NCBI GenBank assembly: GCA_947062475.1
Contig: CAMSQA010000003.1
Coordinates: 31,990 to 95,989 of the forward strand
Reading direction: 5' to 3'
Origin: an uncultured Clostridia bacterium
GTDB taxonomy: Bacteria > Bacillota > Clostridia > Christensenellales > UBA1242
Length of the DNA stretch: 64,000 nt
The position numbers and the translations under genes are program-made. The notes below the pieces were generated by a model. The model made no database searches, was not told the origin of the DNA, and worked only from the letters and a program-made list of their open reading frames with translations. Positions 48,910-56,567 of the stretch are shown piece after piece. Each line of letters opens with the position of its first letter. Position 1 is the first letter of the stretch.

Positions 48910-50451
48910 ATGAAAATTGCACTTACTGGTGCGACTGGCAATATGGGACAGGCGACTGTAGATGAACTTTTAAAAATCGAAGAGGTTGAAAAGCTGAAGG
49001 TGCTTGTTTTGGAAGATGATAAACATACAAAGAAAATTTTTAAAAGGCATAAAAAAGACAGAAATAAGATTGAGGTGATTTGCGGAAATTTGGCAGACAA
49101 AAATGCATGTGAAAAGCTTGTCGATAAAGCTGATTATGTGATCAACTTAGCAGCAGTTATTCCTCCTCATTCAGACAAATATCCTGAAAAAGCAGTAGAG
49201 TGTAATGAAATTGGAGTTAAAACTCTTGTTGGTGTTATTGAAAAAATAAAGAAAAATCAACCTAAGCTCATCCACACATCTACCGTTGCATTGTATGGAA
49301 ATAGAAATTCATTGCATCCTTGGGCTCAGGTTGGAGATCCTCTGCTTGTAAGTCCTTTTGACATTTATTCTGCCACCAAATTGCGTGGGGAATTTTGCGT
49401 GCTTGAAAGCGATATTGAAAATTGGGTAGTTTTGAGACAGTCTGCAATGCTTCATAAAAACATGCTAAGTGATAATATGAGTGACGGACTTATGTTTCAT
49501 ACCTGCTTCAATGCTCCTCTTGAATGGGTGACTGCAGAAGATTCTGGCAGACTTATTGCAAATATTTTAAAAGAGGACGCAAGCAAAGATCTGAGCAAAA
49601 CGTTTTGGAAAAGATGCTTTAATATTGGTGGTGGCACTGAAAATTGTCTCACAGGTTATGATACTCTTAATGATGGTTTTAAAATTATAGGAGGCAGTGC
49701 AAAGGATTTCTTTGAGCCAAACTTTAATGCAACAAGAAATTTTCATGGAGTGTGGTTCTATGATGGTGAAAAGCTTGATAATTTGTTTCATTATCAAACT
49801 CAAAAAGCTGAAGATTTTTGGGCGCATTTTGCAAAAAGTCACCGCTATTTTAAATTAGGTAAGATTGTGCCAAAATCATTAATAAAAAAAATTGCAATAA
49901 AGAGACTTTTTAAAAATCCAAATTCTGTGAAATATTGGTTTGATCATGATGACCAACCAAAACTTTTTGCATATTTTGGTGGAAAAGAAAGTTATCAAAA
50001 AATATCAAATGACTGGAAAGAGTTTAATTTATTGATTGACGGTAAAGATGAAAATGGTAGAGAGCTTGATTATCTTTTACTTAAAACAAAAGAAAAAGCC
50101 AATATGATTGACTATGGCTTTGATATTTCAAAAGAAGATGTCACTCTTGAGGATTTAAAGAACGTTGCAGCTTTGCATGGAGGAAAACTTCTTTCAAAAA
50201 ATTTTGATAATATATATCAAAAACTTGAATGGTGCAACAGTGACGGTCAAAAATTTGAAGCCAGAGCATATTCAATTTTGAAAGCTGGCCATTGGGTTAA
50301 CAATACCTATTTTGACAATGTCTGGGAATTTGATCGTCTTGCAAAAACAGACAAAATATATTCTCAAATTTGGTATGATAGCCATGTTAAAAATGAAGAT
50401 AAATATTACTATTTAGATGAAAATTTTACAGCAAGGATGAAAAACTTATGA
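48910..50451 (+). CDS. NAD(P)-dependent epimerase/dehydratase family protein with a long C-terminal extension
   Basis: Rossmann motif IALTGATGNMG. YSATK (Y..xK catalytic motif). 513 aa. Confidence 0.7.
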   Translation: MKIALTGATGNMGQATVDELLKIEEVEKLKVLVLEDDKHTKKIFKRHKKDRNKIEVICGNLADKNACEKLVDKADYVINLAAVIPPHSDKYPEKAVECNEIGVKTLVGVIEKIKKNQPKLIHTSTVALYGNRNSLHPWAQVGDPLLVSPFDIYSATKLRGEFCVLESDIENWVVLRQSAMLHKNMLSDNMSDGLMFHTCFNAPLEWVTAEDSGRLIANILKEDASKDLSKTFWKRCFNIGGGTENCLTGYDTLNDGFKIIGGSAKDFFEPNFNATRNFHGVWFYDGEKLDNLFHYQTQKAEDFWAHFAKSHRYFKLGKIVPKSLIKKIAIKRLFKNPNSVKYWFDHDDQPKLFAYFGGKESYQKISNDWKEFNLLIDGKDENGRELDYLLLKTKEKANMIDYGFDISKEDVTLEDLKNVAALHGGKLLSKNFDNIYQKLEWCNSDGQKFEARAYSILKAGHWVNNTYFDNVWEFDRLAKTDKIYSQIWYDSHVKNEDKYYYLDENFTARMKNL

Positions 50452-51350
50452 AGAAAATTTTGATTTGTTATTTTTCAGGAACAGGAAACACTAAGAAGGT
50501 GGTGGAAAAGGCTTGCCAGAGTTTGCAAGGAATGAACTGTGAAGTGAAATTACACAACATAGATGATGGCGAGTTTAAGGAAAATTTAAACGAGTTTGAT
50601 ATGCTAGGCATTGCCTATCCTGTTCATGCTTTCAATGCACCATCAAATGTAATAAAATTTACTAAAAGCTTAAATAAACTTGAAAACAAGAAAAGCGCTA
50701 AGAAGCCGCTATTTATTATTAAAACTTCAGGAGAACCTCTTGCGTTAAATAATATTTCATCTGTGAAAATAAAATCGATATTAAAGAAAAAAGGTTTTAT
50801 TCTTAATAATGAATATCATTATTGCATGCCATACAACATTATTTTCCGACATACTGATAATATGGCATACAAGATGTGGAACACAGCTGAAAAGGTTATT
50901 CCAATTGATTGCAAGGAAATCGTAGATGGAAAAAAATCTAAACTAAAATATGTTCCTTTTGGAAGATTATTGGCTTGGATCTTTAGAATTGAACATTGGG
51001 GCGGAAGAGTGAATGGAAAACGATATAAAGTCAATGACAAATGTATCAGTTGTCAGTTGTGCGTTAAAAGATGTCCTACTCACAATATCACAATCGAAGA
51101 TGGGGAATTTAAGTTTGGCAAAAATTGTTTGATGTGTATGAGATGCTCTTTCCATTGTCCTAAAAATGCAATTAAGATTGGATGGTTTGAAAAATGGAAG
51201 GTCAATGGTGCATATAATTTTGGCATTCCAAACGAAGTAGAAGAGGAAAAACACAAAAGATATTGCAAAAAGGCTTATAAGAAATATTTTGCAAAAAACC
51301 AAAAAAAGATTGAAGATTTTGAAAAGTCAAACAAGAAAGAAAGTTGTTGA
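50448..51350 (+). CDS. Flavodoxin-like + 2x[4Fe-4S] ferredoxin fusion (EFR1-family type)
   Basis: ILICYFSGTGNTKKV flavodoxin-like N-terminus. CISCQLCVKRCP and CLMCMRCSFHCP cluster motifs. 4-nt overlap with the upstream gene. Confidence 0.75.
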   Translation: MKKILICYFSGTGNTKKVVEKACQSLQGMNCEVKLHNIDDGEFKENLNEFDMLGIAYPVHAFNAPSNVIKFTKSLNKLENKKSAKKPLFIIKTSGEPLALNNISSVKIKSILKKKGFILNNEYHYCMPYNIIFRHTDNMAYKMWNTAEKVIPIDCKEIVDGKKSKLKYVPFGRLLAWIFRIEHWGGRVNGKRYKVNDKCISCQLCVKRCPTHNITIEDGEFKFGKNCLMCMRCSFHCPKNAIKIGWFEKWKVNGAYNFGIPNEVEEEKHKRYCKKAYKKYFAKNQKKIEDFEKSNKKESC

Positions 51351-51556
51351 AAATACAAAATTTTAAATAAAATAATAAAAATAATTAAAAAAATTGAAAT
51401 TTTTTGCAATTTTTATGTTTTTCTACAAAATTATTGCTTAAATCTTAAAATATTTTCAAAATATAAAAATATTCAGTTTTATAATTATGTTTTTGATTTT
51501 GTTTGTTTTTTTTGAAAATAAAGTTTATACTAAATTTATAAACTCGGAGGAAATTT

Positions 51557-52117
51557 ATGGATAGAATTAGAAGGAAGCCTTTTGTGCCTTATAATGAGGC
51601 TCTTGAGAAATTTATGGAAATTCGAAAAGACCTAAATGATAGCAGACTTAAAGATGAAGATCTTTTTCTTGATAAGTTTGAAGAATTGAAGGAGAGAGCG
51701 GCAAATGAAGATGCCATTGCGATGGACGTGCTTGCTTATTACTATAAAAACGGAGTTTCGGGTTTGGTTCCTGAAAACTATTTAAGATATATTAATTGGG
51801 AAATGGTGGCAGCTGCAAGGGGCAACGAACTTGCAATTGAAAAACTTCAATTTTTGATTAATTTGGCTTGTAAAAAGATTATTGATTGTGAAGATTATGA
51901 AACAATAAAATATAAAAATGACATAGATGATTCAAACGAACTCTATGTCGTTGCAAAAAATCTCTGCAAAGTTTTAGTTAAAGAATTTTTAAAAGCATAC
52001 CCAGTAAATCTTGTAAAGCTTGAAGATGATTATCAACCTTTTGAACAAAAGTATTTTGTTACTCTTAGAAGATATATAGAAGAGGCTGTTCCTAAAACTA
52101 TCGAATTTATGAAATAG
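51557..52117 (+). CDS. Hypothetical protein
   Basis: GGAGG RBS. Helical, with no confident family. Confidence 0.5.
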   Translation: MDRIRRKPFVPYNEALEKFMEIRKDLNDSRLKDEDLFLDKFEELKERAANEDAIAMDVLAYYYKNGVSGLVPENYLRYINWEMVAAARGNELAIEKLQFLINLACKKIIDCEDYETIKYKNDIDDSNELYVVAKNLCKVLVKEFLKAYPVNLVKLEDDYQPFEQKYFVTLRRYIEEAVPKTIEFMK

Positions 52118-52134
52118 TTTTTTAAATTAATAAA

Positions 52135-52578
52135 TTAAATGCTTAGAATTTCACTGAGTAAGTTTAAACGCGCATTTATCATATCACGAAGTTGACTTTC
52201 ATAACTTGTTCGTTCGCTAAGAACGATCAAGTTTTTTATTAATTGACATTCTGTTGAAAGAAACTTTAGCAGGCATTTTGTTTTATCACGAGGAGGACTG
52301 ACTTTGAAATCTTTTCCATCGTGGTCAAATAATATAGATAATTTTTTAAGCTGGCGTTCATTCAAAGAATAAAATTTGCTTGTGTTTAAAAAACCTCCTA
52401 GACAAAAAAGATAGGATTTAATATTGTAGATATTATTAAAAACCTCATTAAGCAAAATTCTATTTTCTTCATTATCAACCTGAACAATCATAAATCCTTT
52501 GCTTTTCAAGGCAGAAGAATATGCTTTAGCAAGATTTTCATAATCATTTATGCTTAAAAGTTGTTCATCATTATACAT
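52135..52578 (-). CDS. Hypothetical protein
   Basis: ORF with protein-like composition, convergent with the 51557 gene. No family recognised. Confidence 0.45.
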   Translation of the reverse strand: MYNDEQLLSINDYENLAKAYSSALKSKGFMIVQVDNEENRILLNEVFNNIYNIKSYLFCLGGFLNTSKFYSLNERQLKKLSILFDHDGKDFKVSPPRDKTKCLLKFLSTECQLIKNLIVLSERTSYESQLRDMINARLNLLSEILSI

Positions 52579-52848
52579 TTAAAAGCCCTCTGTTTTATTT
52601 ATGAAAAAAATTAATAAAAGGTGCAAAGGGATTTTCTTAGGTATTATGGCAAGCTTACATAAATGCTTTTAATTAGTCTTAAATTTTAAAAAAAGTATAT
52701 TCTGATAGATAAAAACTTGATTTTAGAAGAGAAATAATTTATAATAAAAATGAAACCAATACAATTTACTATTCAAAGATTTGAAAAAACTATTTTAGCG
52801 GTATTACAGCTAGCCAGACAAGGAAGAATATAAATTAATTAAGAATTT

Positions 52849-52923
52849 GCGTCCATAGTGAAATGGATATCACATAAGTCTTCGGAACTTAGATTTCGGG
52901 TTCGAGCCCTGATGGACGCACCA
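52849..52923 (+). tRNA. tRNA-Arg (anticodon TCG), CCA encoded
   Basis: Manual cloverleaf: acceptor GCGTCCA/TGGACGC, D arm GTGA/TCAC, anticodon stem TAAGT/ACTTA with loop CTTCGGA, T arm TCGGG-TTCGAGC-CCTGA (one G-U), ACCA. Confidence 0.9.
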
Positions 52924-53186
52924 AACATATTGTATAAAAAGTCTTTTTTAAGAAAGGCAAAACCATACTGCATGCAGTGGTGTTTGATTGATTTTGACAC
53001 TGGATACAGTGGTGGAAGAAAAGATAAGACAAAAATTTTGAAAGGAATAAGAAAGTGGCGTCTTTTCTGAATTGTGGGGATTTGATTTTTTGATAAAATA
53101 ATCAAAATTTTATAGAAATCAAAAATCAACCTTTGATTTGACGACAGTGATTGTTTGATTTCTTGAAAATCAAAAAAAATAAAAAC
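52898..53186 (+). repeat. Cassette-boundary module copy 1 (right half only, fused to the genuine tRNA-Arg 3' end)
   Basis: Shares with copies 2 and 3 the core ATAT(T/G)GTATAAAAAGTCTTTTTT (52926-52949), hairpins (52975-79:52998-53002; 53017-24:53061-68), TTTGATTTGACGAC (53132-45) and ATCAAA iterons. Confidence 0.85.
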
Positions 53187-53199
53187 GGGAGTGGAGAAT

Positions 53200-53841
53200 A
53201 TGAGTAAAATTATTTTAACATCAGATGGAATTGATAGTAAAGAATTATATGAATATTTTAATATCATAGTGGACAAGAATCTTAGAATAGGAATAATCAC
53301 TACGGCAAAAGATGAAAAAGAGAAAGCAAATGGACCTCAAAGACATAAAAAATTATTTCTAAATATGTCGGCTCAAACCGTTGATTTTATAGATTTGGAA
53401 GTTGAAAATCCAAAGATTATGCTAAATTATGATTTATTATTTATAGAAGGTGGCAATCCAGTTAGACTAATGTATTGGATTAGAGAAAGCAAAAGTGAAC
53501 CAATTTTTAGACAGTTTTTAGATAATGGCGGAGTTTTAGTAGGTAGAAGCGCAGGTTCTATGGTGTTAGGAAAAAATTTCTCAATTTGCAACTATTTAAC
53601 TCCAGAAATGAATAATGTTGGCATTACAGATTTTTCTGGGCTTGGTTTATGTGATTTAAATATATGCCCACATTATAATGCGTTTCCAAACATGTATGAA
53701 AACTGTGAGCAAAAATTAAGAAAATGCGAAAATGAACAAAACATAAAAATTACCAAGTTATTTGATGGACAAGCGTTTGTAGTATTGGATAAAATTGTTG
53801 AAAAGATAGCGGGAAATGTTGATCCTGAATTAACAAAGTAA
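53200..53841 (+). CDS. Peptidase S51 (dipeptidase E-like) family protein; cassette 1 cargo
   Basis: GGGAG RBS + ATG 53200. IILTSDGI, FIEGGNPVRL, nucleophile elbow GRSAGSMV. Confidence 0.7.
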   Translation: MSKIILTSDGIDSKELYEYFNIIVDKNLRIGIITTAKDEKEKANGPQRHKKLFLNMSAQTVDFIDLEVENPKIMLNYDLLFIEGGNPVRLMYWIRESKSEPIFRQFLDNGGVLVGRSAGSMVLGKNFSICNYLTPEMNNVGITDFSGLGLCDLNICPHYNAFPNMYENCEQKLRKCENEQNIKITKLFDGQAFVVLDKIVEKIAGNVDPELTK

Positions 53842-53845
53842 TTTT

Positions 53846-54276
53846 TTGATTTTCGCAAAATCAAAAGCGCGATCGCAAAATCAAAGTTTGATTTTTATTT
53901 TGATTATTTTGATTATTTTTGATTTTTTAGACCAAAAATTGCCGTCGCGAAATCAAAACTGAAAGATCAAAAATTCGACTTTGTTGTTAGTTGACACAAA
54001 TATATGGTATAAAAAGTCTTTTTTTGAAAAAACTTTGGCACACTGTTTGCAGTGGTTTGATAACGGTTTTGCCACTGGATACGGGGTTGAGAGGAAAAAC
54101 AGGCATAAAATTTTGAAAAAGTTGAAAAGTTAATGTCTTTTCTGGCAATGTAGAATTTTGAATTTTTAATATAATAATCAAAATTTTAAAGAAATCAAAA
54201 ATCAAAGTTTGATTTCGCGACAGAAACTTTGATTTCGAAGAAAAATCAAAATAAATCAAAAAATCAAATTACAAAA
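53846..54276 (+). repeat. Cassette-boundary module copy 2 (complete, ~430 bp)
   Basis: Left arm with palindromes TGATTTTCGCAAAATCA and AAAATCAAAGTTTGATTTT. GTCGCGAAATCAAA (53944-57). Degenerate tRNA 3'-end copy + core (53974-54025). Hairpins (54050-55:54072-77; 54092-101:54134-43). TTTGATTTCGCGAC (54208-21). About 17 ATCAAA/TTTGAT iterons. Confidence 0.85.
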
Positions 54277-54287
54277 GGAGTGCAACT

Positions 54288-54959
54288 ATGAGAAAATGGT
54301 TTAAAGGTTTGAGCGATAAAAAGAAAAAGATAATATCAATTTCATTGACAATCATTGGAATTATTTTTTGTTGTGTGGGAATTGAAAATTATTATTTAAT
54401 TATACCAGGACTTGTTTTTATTGTTCCTGGAATTATTTTTGTTGATTGGTACAATAAAGATAAAAAAGAACAAGAAGATAAAAATATACATAGCGAAATG
54501 GAGAACAATAAGCAAAAAACAGAAGTTCAACAATTTGATGATGAAATAGAAAAAGTTGAAACAACACTCCGCAATGAGAAACCTAATTCAGTACTGAACG
54601 AAGAAAACTTTTTGTATACCCCTCCCGAAGGTTTTGAATTAGTAGATTGGACATATGCAACTACATTAGTTAGAGGATGTAGTAACTATATTGATGAAGA
54701 TTATGAAATTGACATAGATAGCGAGGTAGAAATAATACATGAACCAACAGATAAGTATCCAGAAAATACGTCTATCTATATTGACAATGATAAGGTTGGC
54801 TCTTTGAAACAAGATATGGCAATAGAATGGTATCAGAGGTTTGGAAGTAACTATAATTTTATAGGGCGAGTTGTAGAATATGAGCAAGGAGAATATCCAA
54901 GACTACTGATAGAAATAAAAAAGCCAATTATTAGAAAAATAAAGAAAAAACAAAATTAA
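54288..54959 (+). CDS. Membrane-anchored protein with a HIRAN-like C-terminal domain; cassette 2 cargo
   Basis: AAAGGAG RBS. Two N-terminal TM. C-terminal EVEIIHEPTDKYPENTSIYIDNDKVGSLKQDMAIEWYQRF resembles the HIRAN pattern (EP.N.yD.nAI.V....iGyl). Confidence 0.45.
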   Translation: MRKWFKGLSDKKKKIISISLTIIGIIFCCVGIENYYLIIPGLVFIVPGIIFVDWYNKDKKEQEDKNIHSEMENNKQKTEVQQFDDEIEKVETTLRNEKPNSVLNEENFLYTPPEGFELVDWTYATTLVRGCSNYIDEDYEIDIDSEVEIIHEPTDKYPENTSIYIDNDKVGSLKQDMAIEWYQRFGSNYNFIGRVVEYEQGEYPRLLIEIKKPIIRKIKKKQN

Positions 54960-54982
54960 TATTTACTAAAAGGAGAATTACA

Positions 54983-55180
54983 ATGAAAAATTTGAACGAT
55001 ATTTACAGATCACTTATGCATTTAGTTAAAATTCCTATGAAGCATTCAGAAGAGTTGAAAGAAATAGGATTAGACATTGATGAAGTAATTGAGAAAATTA
55101 GTAAATTGCAACCAGATCTTCAATTTGAAAGTGCTATTTTATTTGCCAAATCAATGCAAAAATATGGACTAATTAAATAA
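54983..55180 (+). CDS. Small hypothetical protein (65 aa)
   Basis: AAGGAG RBS. Helical. Confidence 0.45.
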   Translation: MKNLNDIYRSLMHLVKIPMKHSEELKEIGLDIDEVIEKISKLQPDLQFESAILFAKSMQKYGLIK

Positions 55181-55241
55181 AATTGAGATTCTATTTAGAC
55201 GAAAATGAAATTATCTGTTAATTTGAAGAAGGAGAAAAACT

Positions 55242-56027
55242 ATGGAAGATTTTGAGAACTGTCCTTTATGTGGACATAAAACTGCAAGTATTCTGGGAAC
55301 ACAAGAAGGATTTAATTGGAGCGATGTTAGATGTAAGAATTGCTTTGATTATGTTATTCATCAAAGTGTTTTATTTCAAATTAGTGATGGTGATAAAAAA
55401 GAAATTAATAAACGAAAAAGACTTAATTGTGTTTACAAATTTCTAATGGAAAAGCCATTATTTAATAATAGCTATCTATATCAATTTTTTTATGAAGAAC
55501 AAACTAAAAATATGGAAACATCAGATCCAAGACGTGTAAATGTTGCATCTTTGATGGAAAATCTTCCTTCTAAAACAATTGATAGAATCAATTTTACATT
55601 AAAGAATTTAATTGTTAAATATGATATAGGAAATACGGTTGATGTTAGTGAGATAGATTTTGGATTAGTTCTTATTGACAACGAAAGAGAACTACAGGAA
55701 TTCTTGACTTATTATCAAGGCAAAGATTTGATAAGAATTTTGGAAATGAAGGATGACAAAATTAAAAAATTTTCATTAAATATAAAATCAAAAATTTACT
55801 TGGAGGATGGAGAAAAGTTGAACGAGGAAAAACAAACATTGATTACAAATATAACGAATAATGATAATAGCATAAGTATTGGCGATGTAAAGAATCTTAA
55901 AAAATCTAATATAGGGCAAAATAAAGTTGTTACCGAGAAAGAAACAAAAGTTAATACAGCGTTAGAACTTAATGTTGGCAAAGAGAATAAAAAGGTAGCT
56001 CGAAGAAGTTTTTTTAAGAAAAAGTAA
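55242..56027 (+). CDS. Hypothetical protein with an N-terminal zinc-ribbon
   Basis: AAGGAG RBS. CPLCGH...CKNC four-Cys motif at the N-terminus. Confidence 0.5.
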   Translation: MEDFENCPLCGHKTASILGTQEGFNWSDVRCKNCFDYVIHQSVLFQISDGDKKEINKRKRLNCVYKFLMEKPLFNNSYLYQFFYEEQTKNMETSDPRRVNVASLMENLPSKTIDRINFTLKNLIVKYDIGNTVDVSEIDFGLVLIDNERELQEFLTYYQGKDLIRILEMKDDKIKKFSLNIKSKIYLEDGEKLNEEKQTLITNITNNDNSISIGDVKNLKKSNIGQNKVVTEKETKVNTALELNVGKENKKVARRSFFKKK

Positions 56028-56033
56028 TTGTGA

Positions 56034-56482
56034 ATTTTGATTTTCGCAAAATCAAAACTTCGTCGCGAAATCAAAGTTTGATTTTATTTTTGATTTTTTT
56101 GATTATTTTTGATTTTATGTTAAAATAAACTCGTCGCAAAATCAAAACTGAAAAATCAAAAAACCGACTTCGTTGTTAGTTGACACAAATATATTGTATA
56201 AAAAGTCTTTTTTGAGAAAGGCTTTTTTCATTGCCAAAACCACAATATGCAGGGGTTTAGCATCAAAATTTACACTGCATACAGACCGACATTGAAAAGG
56301 AAGAAAAATTTTTAAATTTTAAGTCTTATTTCCTCTCATCACTGGGCTCGACAAGTTTTGATTTTTACATAAAATTTTGATTTTTTTACCGAAAATCAAA
56401 AATCAAATTTTTGATTTCGCGACAGCCAGCTTTTGATTTCCTTAAAAAATCAAAAATAATCAAAATAAATCAAAAAATCAAA
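56034..56482 (+). repeat. Cassette-boundary module copy 3 (complete, ~450 bp)
   Basis: About 85% identical by eye to the copy 2 left arm. GTCGCGAAATCAAA (56062-75) and GTCGCAAAATCAAA (56133-46). Degenerate tRNA 3' end + core (56164-56214). Hairpin (56298-307:56325-34). TTTGATTTCGCGAC (56410-23). Iterons. Confidence 0.85.
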
Positions 56483-56527
56483 GTCTAATATTTTTTCAAT
56501 TATTTAGGATGCTTTAACTTAAATTTA

Positions 56528-56536
56528 TGCTATAAT
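56528..56536 (+). promoter_or_regulatory. Extended -10 promoter element for the 56568 operon
   Basis: TGcTATAAT (56528-56536), about 30 nt upstream of the AGGAGAG RBS. Confidence 0.5.
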
Positions 56537-56567
56537 GAATTAATAATTATTCAGGAGAGTGCACTAT

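Noticed and set aside
52858-53070. 70-aa plus-strand ORF from the track starting inside the tRNA-Arg D-arm
   Set aside because: The first 20+ codons are tRNA sequence. Only the 3' two-thirds shows any cross-copy similarity, and that part is handled as an open question in the findings rather than called as a CDS.
52839-53300. 153-aa minus-strand ORF, and its 90-aa look-alike at 53987-54259, spanning the repeat modules
   Set aside because: The first runs antisense through the whole tRNA-Arg gene and into the antisense of the S51 peptidase start. Both are poly-Phe/Ile/Leu translations of T-rich repeat DNA. Their similarity simply mirrors the DNA repeat, and copy 3 has no equivalent open frame.
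53846-56482. CRISPR array or classical integron attC interpretation of the ATCAAA-rich repeats
   Set aside because: The repeats are 6-9 nt iterons with irregular spacing, not 25-40-nt direct repeats separated by unique spacers. There are no cas genes. The modules (~440 bp) are several-fold larger than attC sites, and I see no clear GTTRRRY/RYYYAAC core pair or intI gene.
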